Below are positions 1-8,268 of a stretch of DNA of 32,000 nucleotides, in pieces. The stretch is taken from positions 780,001 to 812,000 of the forward strand of contig NZ_LT934425.1 of the NCBI RefSeq assembly GCF_900232105.1. The letters are read 5' to 3'. Each line of letters begins with the position of its first letter. Position 1 is the stretch's first letter. The DNA is from Candidatus Kuenenia stuttgartensis. Lineage in GTDB: Bacteria > Planctomycetota > Brocadiia > Brocadiales > Brocadiaceae. The notes under the pieces were generated by a model. The model had not been told where the DNA came from and searched no databases. It worked only from the letters and a program-made list of their open reading frames with translations. Both the position numbers and the translations under genes were made by a program.

Positions 1-876
1 CCTCATTGCGGAGACGACGCTGCCGGAAACCTTTACCCGTTCCAAAACTACGGGTTCCTCTTTCTCCCTTATGTCAATACATATTACCTCCCCTGAATCT
101 GTGCCGACATAAAGATTATCCATAAAAATGTCAAGGGCAAGGGCAGTTATGGCAATCGTCCCTTCCCGCAGTGGCTGTTCCGTCTGATTATGTATAAAAG
201 GGGTAATTCTACGTAACGATTTTTTAATGAGGCGGGTAATATCCTGGCATAAATCCCTCTTTTCCCCTTCTCCAAAAAGAGAGGTCTCTATTATTGAAGA
301 AAGCAGCAACAACCGGCCATCGTCAGTATGTACCGCAGTAACACTTGTTTCTTCATCCTCCCGCGAAACAATGTGTTTCACTGCAAAAGGCAAAGAATCG
401 CCTTCTTCATTCGTATGAATCGCTTTACGCGAAGAAATTACCGGGGATATTATCCGTTTTCCGTTTTCAAACGATTGGGTAAAACCAATGGAAACCGTTA
501 AAATTCTCCCGTCATCCATTCCCATAACATGATGGTCTTTATATTTGTCAACCGATGTGATATGCGCGTTACCAATCCCGGGAAGATCGTGTTTCCTGAT
601 AATACTGCCGTCCCGCAGCGAGACAAATTCTGTTTTGCCATTATTATACACGACATACGCAATCTCCAGATGTTCATCAGCGCCAATACAAACCGCCGCC
701 TTACGAATGGCAAATGTATTTTCTTTTACAACCTTCGCTCCTTTTAAAAGGGGAAGGACTTCCATGAAGATAAAGACAAAGAGGGCAAGTATTACAAATA
801 TGGTGGCTACACCGCTGCATGTGATCATCCAGCGGGCAGTTTTGTCGGTAAGTTTTCTGCTTTTCAGGCTTTTCAT
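1..876 (-). CDS. pstC: Phosphate ABC transporter permease PstC, N-terminal part (truncated by window edge); TM1 followed by a long extracytoplasmic domain
   Basis: Open minus frame from ATG at 876 to the window edge: MKSLKSRKLTDKTARWMITCSGVATIFVILALFVFIFMEVLPLFKGAKVVKENTF..., continuing to ...LYVGTDSGEVICIDIREKEEPVVLERVKVSGSVVSAMR. It lies directly downstream of pstS. The ORF track omits it because it has no stop in the window. Confidence 0.7.
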   Translation of the reverse strand, partial: MKSLKSRKLTDKTARWMITCSGVATIFVILALFVFIFMEVLPLLKGAKVVKENTFAIRKAAVCIGADEHLEIAYVVYNNGKTEFVSLRDGSIIRKHDLPGIGNAHITSVDKYKDHHVMGMDDGRILTVSIGFTQSFENGKRIISPVISSRKAIHTNEEGDSLPFAVKHIVSREDEETSVTAVHTDDGRLLLLSSIIETSLFGEGEKRDLCQDITRLIKKSLRRITPFIHNQTEQPLREGTIAITALALDIFMDNLYVGTDSGEVICIDIREKEEPVVLERVKVSGSVVSAMR

Positions 877-1007
877 ATGCGAACAAACAGTGCGGTCTAA
901 AAGAAAACCACCCCTCTTCCCTAATTTTCAGTTTCTTAGGAATACAAAGGGGTGATTATTAAAACAATTTGATTGAATGCAGATATTGAGAATCGCAATG
1001 ATGGATG

Positions 1008-1991
1008 CTATTCTATTTTTTTCAGTTCTTTTTCCACAACTGACGACGGCAATGGCATATATCCATCTTTTATCACTATTTGCTGGCCCTCATTGCTCAG
1101 GATAAATCTGACAAATTCTCGAATCAGAGGGTCAAGAGGCTGCCCCGGTTTTTTGTTAATATAGATATAGAGAAATCGTGCAAGGGGATAAGAACCGTTC
1201 AGCACGTTCTCTGATTTTGCCTCTACAAAATGCCTTCCCTCTTTCAACGCAACAGGCACGGTTTTGATACCCGATGTCTGATATCCTATACCGCTATATC
1301 CGATGCTATAACGGTCTTCAGTAATCCCCTGAACCACAGAGGCAGAACCAGGCTGTTCTTTTACCGTATTTTTAAAATCTCCTTTAAAAAGTGCATGTTC
1401 CTTGAAATAACCGTAGGTGCCGGAAGCGGAATTGCGCCCATAAAGACTTATCGGTTTTGACGCCCAATCTGCCGTCAGCCCAAGTTGTCCCCAGGTCTTA
1501 ATATCTTCTTTATATCCGCCTCTTCTGGTACTTGAAAAAATCGCGTCTATCTGCGGCAGGCTCAGGCCTTTTATAGGATTATCCTTGTTTACATATACCG
1601 CCAATGCATCGAGCGCTGTTCTTATTTCTGTTGGTTTGTAACCATACTTTTTTTCAAATGCATCGATTTCCGTTGGTTTCATAGCCCTGCTCATCGGGCC
1701 AATCTGTGCTGTCCCTGAAATCAGCGCAGGAGGCGCTGTTGTAGACCCTTTGCCTTCAATCTGTACCTTCACGTTGGGGTATAACCTATTGAAACCCTCT
1801 GCCCAAAACGTCATGAGGTTATTCATGGTATCAGAACCGATGCTGTTCAGATTTCCCGAGACACCGCCTATCTTTGCATAGGATTTAATCTCCGGTTCAG
1901 CCGTTAATGGTTCTTCGGCATAGGCCGCACCTATTATTCCCCAACTTGCAATAGTTAACAATAACAATAATTTTTTCATCATTATAATCAT
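1008..1991 (-). CDS. pstS: Phosphate ABC transporter substrate-binding protein (PstS family)
   Basis: Signal peptide, then [60 protein letters not shown] and [10 protein letters not shown], typical of PstS/PBP-like phosphate-binding proteins. Confidence 0.88.
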   Translation of the reverse strand: MIIMMKKLLLLLTIASWGIIGAAYAEEPLTAEPEIKSYAKIGGVSGNLNSIGSDTMNNLMTFWAEGFNRLYPNVKVQIEGKGSTTAPPALISGTAQIGPMSRAMKPTEIDAFEKKYGYKPTEIRTALDALAVYVNKDNPIKGLSLPQIDAIFSSTRRGGYKEDIKTWGQLGLTADWASKPISLYGRNSASGTYGYFKEHALFKGDFKNTVKEQPGSASVVQGITEDRYSIGYSGIGYQTSGIKTVPVALKEGRHFVEAKSENVLNGSYPLARFLYIYINKKPGQPLDPLIREFVRFILSNEGQQIVIKDGYMPLPSSVVEKELKKIE

Positions 1992-2060
1992 TCCTCCTTA
2001 AATTATATGAGCGATATATTACTCGAATTTATATTGAAAATCGACTTATTTTTCTCCTTT

Positions 2061-3440
2061 TTAGAACATAATCTGGTATTGTACCCGTACCCTATTCTCC
2101 TCTTTATCCTCTTCTTCCCCCTCTGTTACAAGATGCCCGAAGTCCGCCTGAATTTTTGAGCGATGGCCGCGAAAGTAATAATTGACTCCAAAAGTATACT
2201 CTCGTTGAATATCATTTGAAATATCGTCATCGGGGTCTATCACGGAGTAACGTCCGGCAAGTTCCAGTTTTTTAGGTAATACAAAGTAACCAAGTTGCGT
2301 ATGAAAGCCTTCTGATTCCAGGGATTCCCCGCCTGATTCAGGATCTCTTGACATAAGATAATATTCATTATTCCAGGAAATCCCTTTATATACTAATCCG
2401 CAATCAACTACACCCGTAATGTTGTCATAATCTTCCTCTTTAACATCTTTTCGTTTACCATTAAAGGCAACGGATGCGCCAATGGTTGCTTTTAATGTAT
2501 CGGAATAAGCCAAATCGGTTTCATCATAATAGTTATACTTTCCAAACGGATTATACCGGGCGTTCAGAACAAACATAAGTTCATTGTCAAAATTTTCCTT
2601 GCCCTGAAACCAGTCCGCCTGATCCTCTCCCGCCCCCTGAAACACCGCTGCGTGATATTCCATATATCCGTCAAAGGGTTTTCCATACAAATCTACACCG
2701 TAATCACGGTCCTGGTCAAAGAACTCGCTGGCAATAGACCTTTCCTGAAGCAAAAGTGTTGCAGAGGATGCTAGCCGCTGCCTGTTAAACGGCACCTTAA
2801 AGTAACCAATTTTAGTGTTTAATTCTTCCAAGGGCGTCCAGTATACGTAAAAATCCCTCACCCCTACGTCGAATTTATCCCCGTCTATTTCCACATAATA
2901 ATGCAGGTCTTTGCTGTAGATATTACCACCAAAATTAAGCCTTGCACGACGGACGTCGATATTTTGTGTATCCGACTCGCCAAAATCATCGTCCTTGTCT
3001 TTATATTCATATTGCATCTGCAATCGTCCGCCAATGTTAAGGGAATAATTGCCATCGGTCGTTCTGATACTTAAGGCTGATTTTTTATCGTCCGGCGTAT
3101 ACTCAACGATCATATCGGGCATGCCAACTCCCAAAATTTCTTTGGCCTCATCTGTGGAAAAATAGTCCTGCACTGCCTGCTTTGTCTCTTCTTTCACGAC
3201 AACCTTGGTTTCCGTGCTGATTATCTCTATACGATTTTTTAAAACATCCATCTGTTCCTGTTGCCGTGCAAATGCCTCTTCCATCAGTTTTAATTGCTGC
3301 TTTAATTCTTCTACCTCACTTCTGGCATCGGTACTGGATTCTCCCTGTGCAAACACTATCGGAGATACACCGCCCATGCATAACACACAAAAAACAAAGA
3401 AATTTGGTAGCATAAAATTACGCCATTTACGGCCGATCAT
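2061..3440 (-). CDS. Phosphate-selective porin O/P family outer-membrane protein with N-terminal coiled coil
   Basis: Signal peptide; coiled coil EVEELKQQLKLMEEAFARQQEQMDVLKNRIE; GRLQMQYEYKD...VRRARLNFGGNIYSKDLHYYVEIDGDKFDVGVRDFYVYWTPLEELNTKIGYFKVPFNRQRLASS; C-terminal aromatic ending YQIMF; RBS AAAGGAG; next to pstS and pstC. Confidence 0.85.
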   Translation of the reverse strand: MIGRKWRNFMLPNFFVFCVLCMGGVSPIVFAQGESSTDARSEVEELKQQLKLMEEAFARQQEQMDVLKNRIEIISTETKVVVKEETKQAVQDYFSTDEAKEILGVGMPDMIVEYTPDDKKSALSIRTTDGNYSLNIGGRLQMQYEYKDKDDDFGESDTQNIDVRRARLNFGGNIYSKDLHYYVEIDGDKFDVGVRDFYVYWTPLEELNTKIGYFKVPFNRQRLASSATLLLQERSIASEFFDQDRDYGVDLYGKPFDGYMEYHAAVFQGAGEDQADWFQGKENFDNELMFVLNARYNPFGKYNYYDETDLAYSDTLKATIGASVAFNGKRKDVKEEDYDNITGVVDCGLVYKGISWNNEYYLMSRDPESGGESLESEGFHTQLGYFVLPKKLELAGRYSVIDPDDDISNDIQREYTFGVNYYFRGHRSKIQADFGHLVTEGEEEDKEENRVRVQYQIMF

Positions 3441-3593
3441 TTAAAATTTCTCCTTTTAAAAACAACACATATAAAATAAAAAAATACAAACTCTTTTCGG
3501 TTTCTCTATAGCACAATCATGCCTGCAACACGTCTTCTGTTATGTCTTTTTGTATTGTTACGATAGGCAACAGACTATAATGAAAACGCAAGG

Positions 3594-3649
3594 ATTATAA
3601 ATTACAAATATTAAGGCCATATAAAGAAATTATTAAGATTTTGTTAAGA
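3594..3649 (-). promoter_or_regulatory. Candidate Pho box (four direct repeats, 11-bp period) plus -10 TATAAT upstream of the porin-pstS-pstC cluster
   Basis: Plus-strand TTAAGG (3611), TAAAGA (3622), TTAAGA (3633), TTAAGA (3644) lie exactly 11 bp apart. On the minus strand this reads TCTTAACAAAA TCTTAATAATT TCTTTATATGG CCTTAA, then 11 nt, then TATAAT (3599-3594). Confidence 0.65.
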
Positions 3650-3739
3650 TTTTCCATGTATCAGAATTGCCAGAAAAGCGGGATTAACGCGACGGCCGTA
3701 ATCCAGAGCATCAGGTTAAAGGAAAAATATTTAATGGTG

Positions 3740-3862
3740 AAATACGAAACGCGAAACAAATTCTAATTTTCAATTTTCAAATGTTCAAAACCAGGTTTTT
3801 TATTGGGATTTTGTATTTTTGAATTTGTATCGTATTTCGTACTTCGAATTTCGTATTTTTTC
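3740..3862. repeat. Intergenic imperfect inverted-repeat segment with 7-bp tandem periodicity (TACGAAA-like)
   Basis: Left end AAATACGAAACGCGAAAC. The right end, reverse-complemented, is AAAAAATACGAAATTCGAAGTACGAAATACGATAC, with heptads TACGAAA TTCGAAG TACGAAA TACGATA. Confidence 0.5.
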
Positions 3863-3922
3863 ATCTTGCTTGTTTGGTTCTGGCTGCTATGCCACCTTGG
3901 GTGTAACAAGGTCAGGCAATGC

Positions 3923-3951
3923 TTGACATGACAATGAGAAAAGAATATATT
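3923..3951 (+). promoter_or_regulatory. Sigma70-type promoter upstream of nifU
   Basis: TTGACA (3923-3928), 17-bp spacer, TATATT (3946-3951). Confidence 0.6.
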
Positions 3952-4022
3952 CGAATACATGCATTAGTGTATATTGGCAGTGAAAATCTGTTTCTTATCA
4001 GTTGTAAAGAAAGGAATAAAAG

Positions 4023-4877
4023 GTGTGGGACTATTCTGAAAAGGTAAAAGACCATTTTTTGCATCCGAGAAATGTTGGCGATATCGAAAATCCGGATGCT
4101 GTGGGAGAAGTAGGCAGTTTAGCCTGCGGTGATGCGCTTAAACTGATGCTGAAAATAGATGCCGGGGGCGTTATATCGGATGTAAAATTTAAGACCTTCG
4201 GCTGCGGGAGCGCCATTGCCTCGGCAAGCGCCCTGACAGAGATGATAAAAGGGAAAACAATCGCTGAAGCAGAGAAGGTCGCTGATAGTGATATTGCAGA
4301 GTATCTTGACGGTTTGCCTGAACAAAAAATGCATTGTTCTGTTATGGGACGTGAGGCGCTGGAAGCTGCTATTGCGAATTATCGCGGGATAAAGCTGGAG
4401 AAAGCTGTTGATGAGGGAACAATTGTGTGTAAATGCTTTGGGGTAACCGACAATAAGATCGCTCATGAAGTCAGGGAGCATAAGCTGACGACTATTGACC
4501 AGGTAACAAACTATTGCAAAGCGGGAGGAGGCTGCCAGTCGTGTCATCCTCAAATCCAGGCTATTATCGATGAAATCTGGCACAAGGAAAAAGAGAAAGA
4601 AATTATTAAAAAGGTACAGAAACCCGTTAAAAAATTAACGAATATTCAAAAAATGAAGCTTGTGCAGGAGACGATAGAAAGGGAGATTCGCCCTGCCCTG
4701 CTGGCGGATGGAGGTGATATTGAATTGATTGATATCGACGGCGACCGGGTAATGGTTTCTTTCCGGGGAAGTTGTTCCGCATGCCCGAGTTCGGGAGTAA
4801 CCTTAAAATCGACGGTAGAGGCTAAATTAAGAGAATTCGTCACCGATACGCTCATTGTGGAGGAGGTAATATCATGA
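4023..4877 (+). CDS. nifU: Full-length NifU Fe-S scaffold protein (IscU-like, BFD-like [2Fe-2S] and Nfu domains)
   Basis: GTG start after AAAGGAAT; KVKDHFLHPRNVGDIENPDAVGEVGSLACGD, KTFGCGSAIASASALTEM, KMHCSVMGREALEAAI; CKCFGVTDNKI...CKAGGGCQSC; C-terminal SCSACPSSGVTLK. Confidence 0.93.
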   Translation: MWDYSEKVKDHFLHPRNVGDIENPDAVGEVGSLACGDALKLMLKIDAGGVISDVKFKTFGCGSAIASASALTEMIKGKTIAEAEKVADSDIAEYLDGLPEQKMHCSVMGREALEAAIANYRGIKLEKAVDEGTIVCKCFGVTDNKIAHEVREHKLTTIDQVTNYCKAGGGCQSCHPQIQAIIDEIWHKEKEKEIIKKVQKPVKKLTNIQKMKLVQETIEREIRPALLADGGDIELIDIDGDRVMVSFRGSCSACPSSGVTLKSTVEAKLREFVTDTLIVEEVIS

Positions 4878-6067
4878 AGGTTGTTTATGCGGATAACAAT
4901 GCGACTACAAAGGTTGCTCCTGAGGTTTTGGAAGAAATGCTGCCTTTTTTTTCTGAATATTACGGCAATCCTTCCAGCATGCATATTTTTGGCGGTCAGG
5001 TTGCAAAGAAAATAGACAAGGCAAGGCAGCAGGTTGCGGACCTCATTGGCGCCGGGCCGGAAGAGATATTATTTACCAGTTGCGGCACGGAGAGTGATAA
5101 TACTGCGATATTGGGCATCCTCCGGGCGAATCCGGGTAAAAAGCATATTGTGACGTCACGGGTCGAGCACCCTGCGGTTTATAACTTGTGTACATATCTC
5201 ACCCAACATGGGTATCATGTCACAGAATTGGGGGTAGATAGAAATGGAATGCTCAATGTGGATGAATTGTCTGAAGCGGTGAGAGAAGATACGGCAATTG
5301 TGTCTATTATGCATGCAAACAATGAAACCGGCGTCATTTTCCCTATTGAGGAAGTTGCCGGCATTGTAAAACAAAAGGGGTCTTTTTTGCATACCGACGC
5401 GGTGCAGGCAGTAGGTAAAATACCGATAAATCTCGCTGATAGTGCAATTGATTTATTGACGCTTTCAGGGCATAAATTACATGCACCAAAAGGGGTTGGT
5501 GCCTTGTACATAAGGAAAGGCACATCCATCGCACCCTTTATTATCGGAGGGCATCAGGAGAAAAACCGCAGAGGAGGTACGGAGAATGTGCCTTCTATTA
5601 TTGGACTTGGCAAGGCATGTGAACTGGCAAAAAAATTTATGCAGGAGGAACAGACAAGGGTAAAACAATTGTGCGACAGATTAGAGAGTGAAATTGTGGC
5701 AAAGGCCCCTGATGCGATAATAAACGGTTATAAATCTCCCAGGTTACCCAATACTACAAATATAAGTTTTGAATATGTTGAAGGCGAAGCTATTTTGTTG
5801 CTGCTTAATGAGAAGGGAATTTGTGCTTCTTCCGGTTCCGCCTGTACTTCTGGTTCACTGGAACCTTCGCATGTATTAAGGGCAATGGGCATTCCTTTTA
5901 CCGCAGTACACGGTTCCATCCGGTTGAGCCTGAGCAGATATACGACAACAGACGATGTAGAATATATAATTGAACACCTTCCACCCGTTGTGAGGAGACT
6001 CAGGGAAATATCACCATACAACAGGGATTCTAAATTTCAGGGACACGTTTCTGCGGGTTATTGCTAG
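4874..6067 (+). CDS. nifS: Cysteine desulfurase (NifS/IscS class)
   Basis: YADNNATTKVAPEVLEEM, FTSCGTESDNTAI, LTLSGHKLHAPKGVG (PLP Lys), CASSGSACTSGSLEPSHVL (active-site Cys loop). It overlaps nifU by 4 nt (ATGA). Confidence 0.94.
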   Translation: MKVVYADNNATTKVAPEVLEEMLPFFSEYYGNPSSMHIFGGQVAKKIDKARQQVADLIGAGPEEILFTSCGTESDNTAILGILRANPGKKHIVTSRVEHPAVYNLCTYLTQHGYHVTELGVDRNGMLNVDELSEAVREDTAIVSIMHANNETGVIFPIEEVAGIVKQKGSFLHTDAVQAVGKIPINLADSAIDLLTLSGHKLHAPKGVGALYIRKGTSIAPFIIGGHQEKNRRGGTENVPSIIGLGKACELAKKFMQEEQTRVKQLCDRLESEIVAKAPDAIINGYKSPRLPNTTNISFEYVEGEAILLLLNEKGICASSGSACTSGSLEPSHVLRAMGIPFTAVHGSIRLSLSRYTTTDDVEYIIEHLPPVVRRLREISPYNRDSKFQGHVSAGYC

Positions 6068-6094
6068 CGTAATCTATTAGACTACCGAGCGCGA

Positions 6095-6215
6095 CTCGTT
6101 CCCAAACCTTGTGCTGAACATAGTGAAGTATCTGTTTGGGAACGTAATGGTGCTGGAAACTATGTGCGCGCAACCGAACGGTTGCAAACATGAACCCGCC
6201 TGGCCCGGGAACGAG
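6095..6215. repeat. Intergenic palindromic segment built on CTCGTTCCC(AAAC)/GTTTGGGAACG plus GCAACCGAACGGTTGC
   Basis: CGTTCCCAAAC (6097-6107) pairs with GTTTGGGAACG (6134-6144). GCAACCG-AA-CGGTTGC is at 6170-6185. GGGAACGAG closes the segment at ~6207-6215. Confidence 0.55.
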
Positions 6216-6235
6216 ATCTAAAAAACCAAAGTGTT

Positions 6236-6272
6236 AACAAAAATGGCAATCGTAACGATTGCCATTTTTGTT
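6236..6272. terminator. Bidirectional rho-independent terminator between convergent nifS and htrA-like genes
   Basis: Perfect 17-bp stem AACAAAAATGGCAATCG-TAA-CGATTGCCATTTTTGTT, followed by TTGTTTTTG on plus; A/T-rich on the other side. Confidence 0.85.
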
Positions 6273-6298
6273 TTGTTTTTGTACTGGGAGAAGTTTTC

Positions 6299-7837
6299 TT
6301 ACTCTTTATCTGATTTTACAATAATATATTGAGCGTATTCGCCGCGTTTCACAAGCAACAAAATGCCCTTTTTCTTGTCACCCTTCTGCACGGCGCTGTT
6401 AAATTCTTCCACGGTAGTTATTTTTTTACGGTTAACTTCCCTGATAATGTCTCCTTCTCTTATGCCTACCATTGCGGCAGGGCCTCCGGGCTGTACCGCG
6501 GAGACGATAATGCCTGTTTCATTTTCCAACCCCAGATTTTTTGCAATTTCACTTGTAATATTTTGCACCGTCATACCAAGTTCTTTTTCCGGCAATGTCC
6601 CGGCCGGCGCTGAAGCAAACAAATCGGAAGGTTGTTCGCCTATTTTTACTGTTAGTGTTTTTTCATTCCCTTCTCTCAGGACGGTTATCTTCACTTTTTT
6701 GCCTGCTTCCGTTTGCGCAACCGTATTGCGCAGGTGATTAACATCCCGTATTGGCTTGTCGTTAAACTTGATTATAATATCACCACGTTCAAGACCTGCT
6801 TCTTTTGCCGGGGAATTTTCCTGCACATCGCTGATGATAACGCCTTCTGCGATGGCTACCTCAAATGATTTTGCCAGATCCGGGCTGATATCCTGTATCG
6901 CAACACCGAGCCAACCACGCGTGACCTTCCCTTTCTCAATGAGGTCTTTCATGACGATTTTTACCATATTAACGGGTATGGCAAACCCAATACCCTGATA
7001 ACCGCCGCTTCTGGTAAAAATTGCGGTGTTTATGCCAATCACTTCCCCGCTTAAATTGACCAGCGGCCCTCCGCTATTACCGGGGTTTATCGCTGCATCT
7101 GTCTGGATCATATCTTCGTACTGCGCAACACCAACATTAGCCCTTCCCATGGCGCTAATAACGCCCACGGAAACGGTCTGTGATAAACCAAAGGGATTTC
7201 CTATTGCAATAGCCCACTGCCCTACTTTAATGGAATCCGAATTCCCTAGCTTTGCAAAAGGCAAATCCTTTCCTTCGATCTTTACAATTGCTATATCCGT
7301 TTGCGGATCGGTGCCAACGATTGTGCCTTTAAATTCACGCCTATCTCCGAGGGCAACCGTTAGTTCGTCAGCATTTTCAACAACATGGTTATTGGTGACG
7401 ATATACCCGTTTTCGCTGTCAACAATTACACCGGAACCTAGTCCCTGAACCTTGAAATCTTCTTCAGGATACCGGGGTTTTAAGTACTTGTCAAAAAAGT
7501 CATCTCCAAAAAAATCCCAAAAATCGCGAAATTGCTCCTGTTCCTGTCTCGGTTGAGGTTGGGGATGGTTACGGTCTCTCGGCATTTCACGCTGACGTTC
7601 TCTTTTGTGTTTAAAGCTTTTTACTGAAGTTATTGACACAACTGCAGGCTTTACCTGTTCCACCACTTGTGCGAAAATCTTCTCAAAGCTTTGTGCGGCT
7701 TCAACTACCGAAGTGTCGCTATTTGTCTTATTTGAAGCGAAGATGATTGATTTTTGGGGCAAACATAAATTTATGCCTGCAAATATCCCCAGAATGCATA
7801 GTATGCGTATACAGTTGCTTCGTGCTTTGTTCAACAT
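6299..7837 (-). CDS. htrA: Do/HtrA (DegP/DegQ/MucD-like) serine protease with two PDZ domains
   Basis: Signal/TM N-terminus; catalytic triad contexts [44 protein letters not shown]; PDZ1 [10 protein letters not shown]...[14 protein letters not shown] and PDZ2 [28 protein letters not shown]. Confidence 0.93.
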   Translation of the reverse strand: MLNKARSNCIRILCILGIFAGINLCLPQKSIIFASNKTNSDTSVVEAAQSFEKIFAQVVEQVKPAVVSITSVKSFKHKRERQREMPRDRNHPQPQPRQEQEQFRDFWDFFGDDFFDKYLKPRYPEEDFKVQGLGSGVIVDSENGYIVTNNHVVENADELTVALGDRREFKGTIVGTDPQTDIAIVKIEGKDLPFAKLGNSDSIKVGQWAIAIGNPFGLSQTVSVGVISAMGRANVGVAQYEDMIQTDAAINPGNSGGPLVNLSGEVIGINTAIFTRSGGYQGIGFAIPVNMVKIVMKDLIEKGKVTRGWLGVAIQDISPDLAKSFEVAIAEGVIISDVQENSPAKEAGLERGDIIIKFNDKPIRDVNHLRNTVAQTEAGKKVKITVLREGNEKTLTVKIGEQPSDLFASAPAGTLPEKELGMTVQNITSEIAKNLGLENETGIIVSAVQPGGPAAMVGIREGDIIREVNRKKITTVEEFNSAVQKGDKKKGILLLVKRGEYAQYIIVKSDKE

Positions 7838-7887
7838 TTATATGCTCCCTTTTTTTAAATGACTAACGTATAAAATACTGAGCTTCA

Positions 7888-7916
7888 ATTCTATTTTAGG
7901 CAGTGTTTTTTGTCAA
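7888..7916 (-). promoter_or_regulatory. Sigma70-type promoter for the htrA-like gene
   Basis: On the minus strand, TTGACA (7916-7911), 17-bp spacer, TAGAAT (7893-7888). Confidence 0.6.
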
Positions 7917-8268
7917 TATAATTCAAAATACCTTGCAGGGCAAAAAGATGCGGACAGCCTTCCTAATTTCTTGCATTATTCTGTTTTCGCTGATATTATC
8001 TAAACAGTCATAATTTTCCATTCCGATAACATGCGCCGATATTATTCTCAATTATTTACAAACATCATCTCGCTACTATTGTTACCATCAATTTTTAAAG
8101 CAGCGCGTATGGCTTTTTTATGTAAGCACAGGTCGCCTCGTTCTTTCCGGGGAAATCTGAATAATCAATCCTTTCGGGTGTTTTATTTTAAAACTACCGG
8201 ATACGCTGAATTCAACAATAAACAATGTGCATTTGTTCCTTAATAAAAAATTAAGAAAGGGTGTGGGT

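Noticed and set aside
545-955. 136-aa plus ORF over the pstC region
   Set aside because: The minus frame gives a signal-anchor plus propeller-like PstC N-terminus contiguous with pstS; the plus ORF is a shadow.
3763-3960. ORF encoding MKKYEIRSTKYDTNSKIQNPNKK
   Set aside because: The sequence is explained by the heptad/AT-rich intergenic repeat and is a typical spurious ORF.
4119-4583. 154-aa minus-strand ORF inside nifU
   Set aside because: Antisense shadow of a confidently identified gene; its translation has no domain-like features.
6363-7448. Several plus-strand ORFs (e.g. 6363..6737, 7026..7448) antisense to the HtrA gene
   Set aside because: The minus-strand HtrA has full catalytic and PDZ motifs; the antisense frames are compositional by-products.
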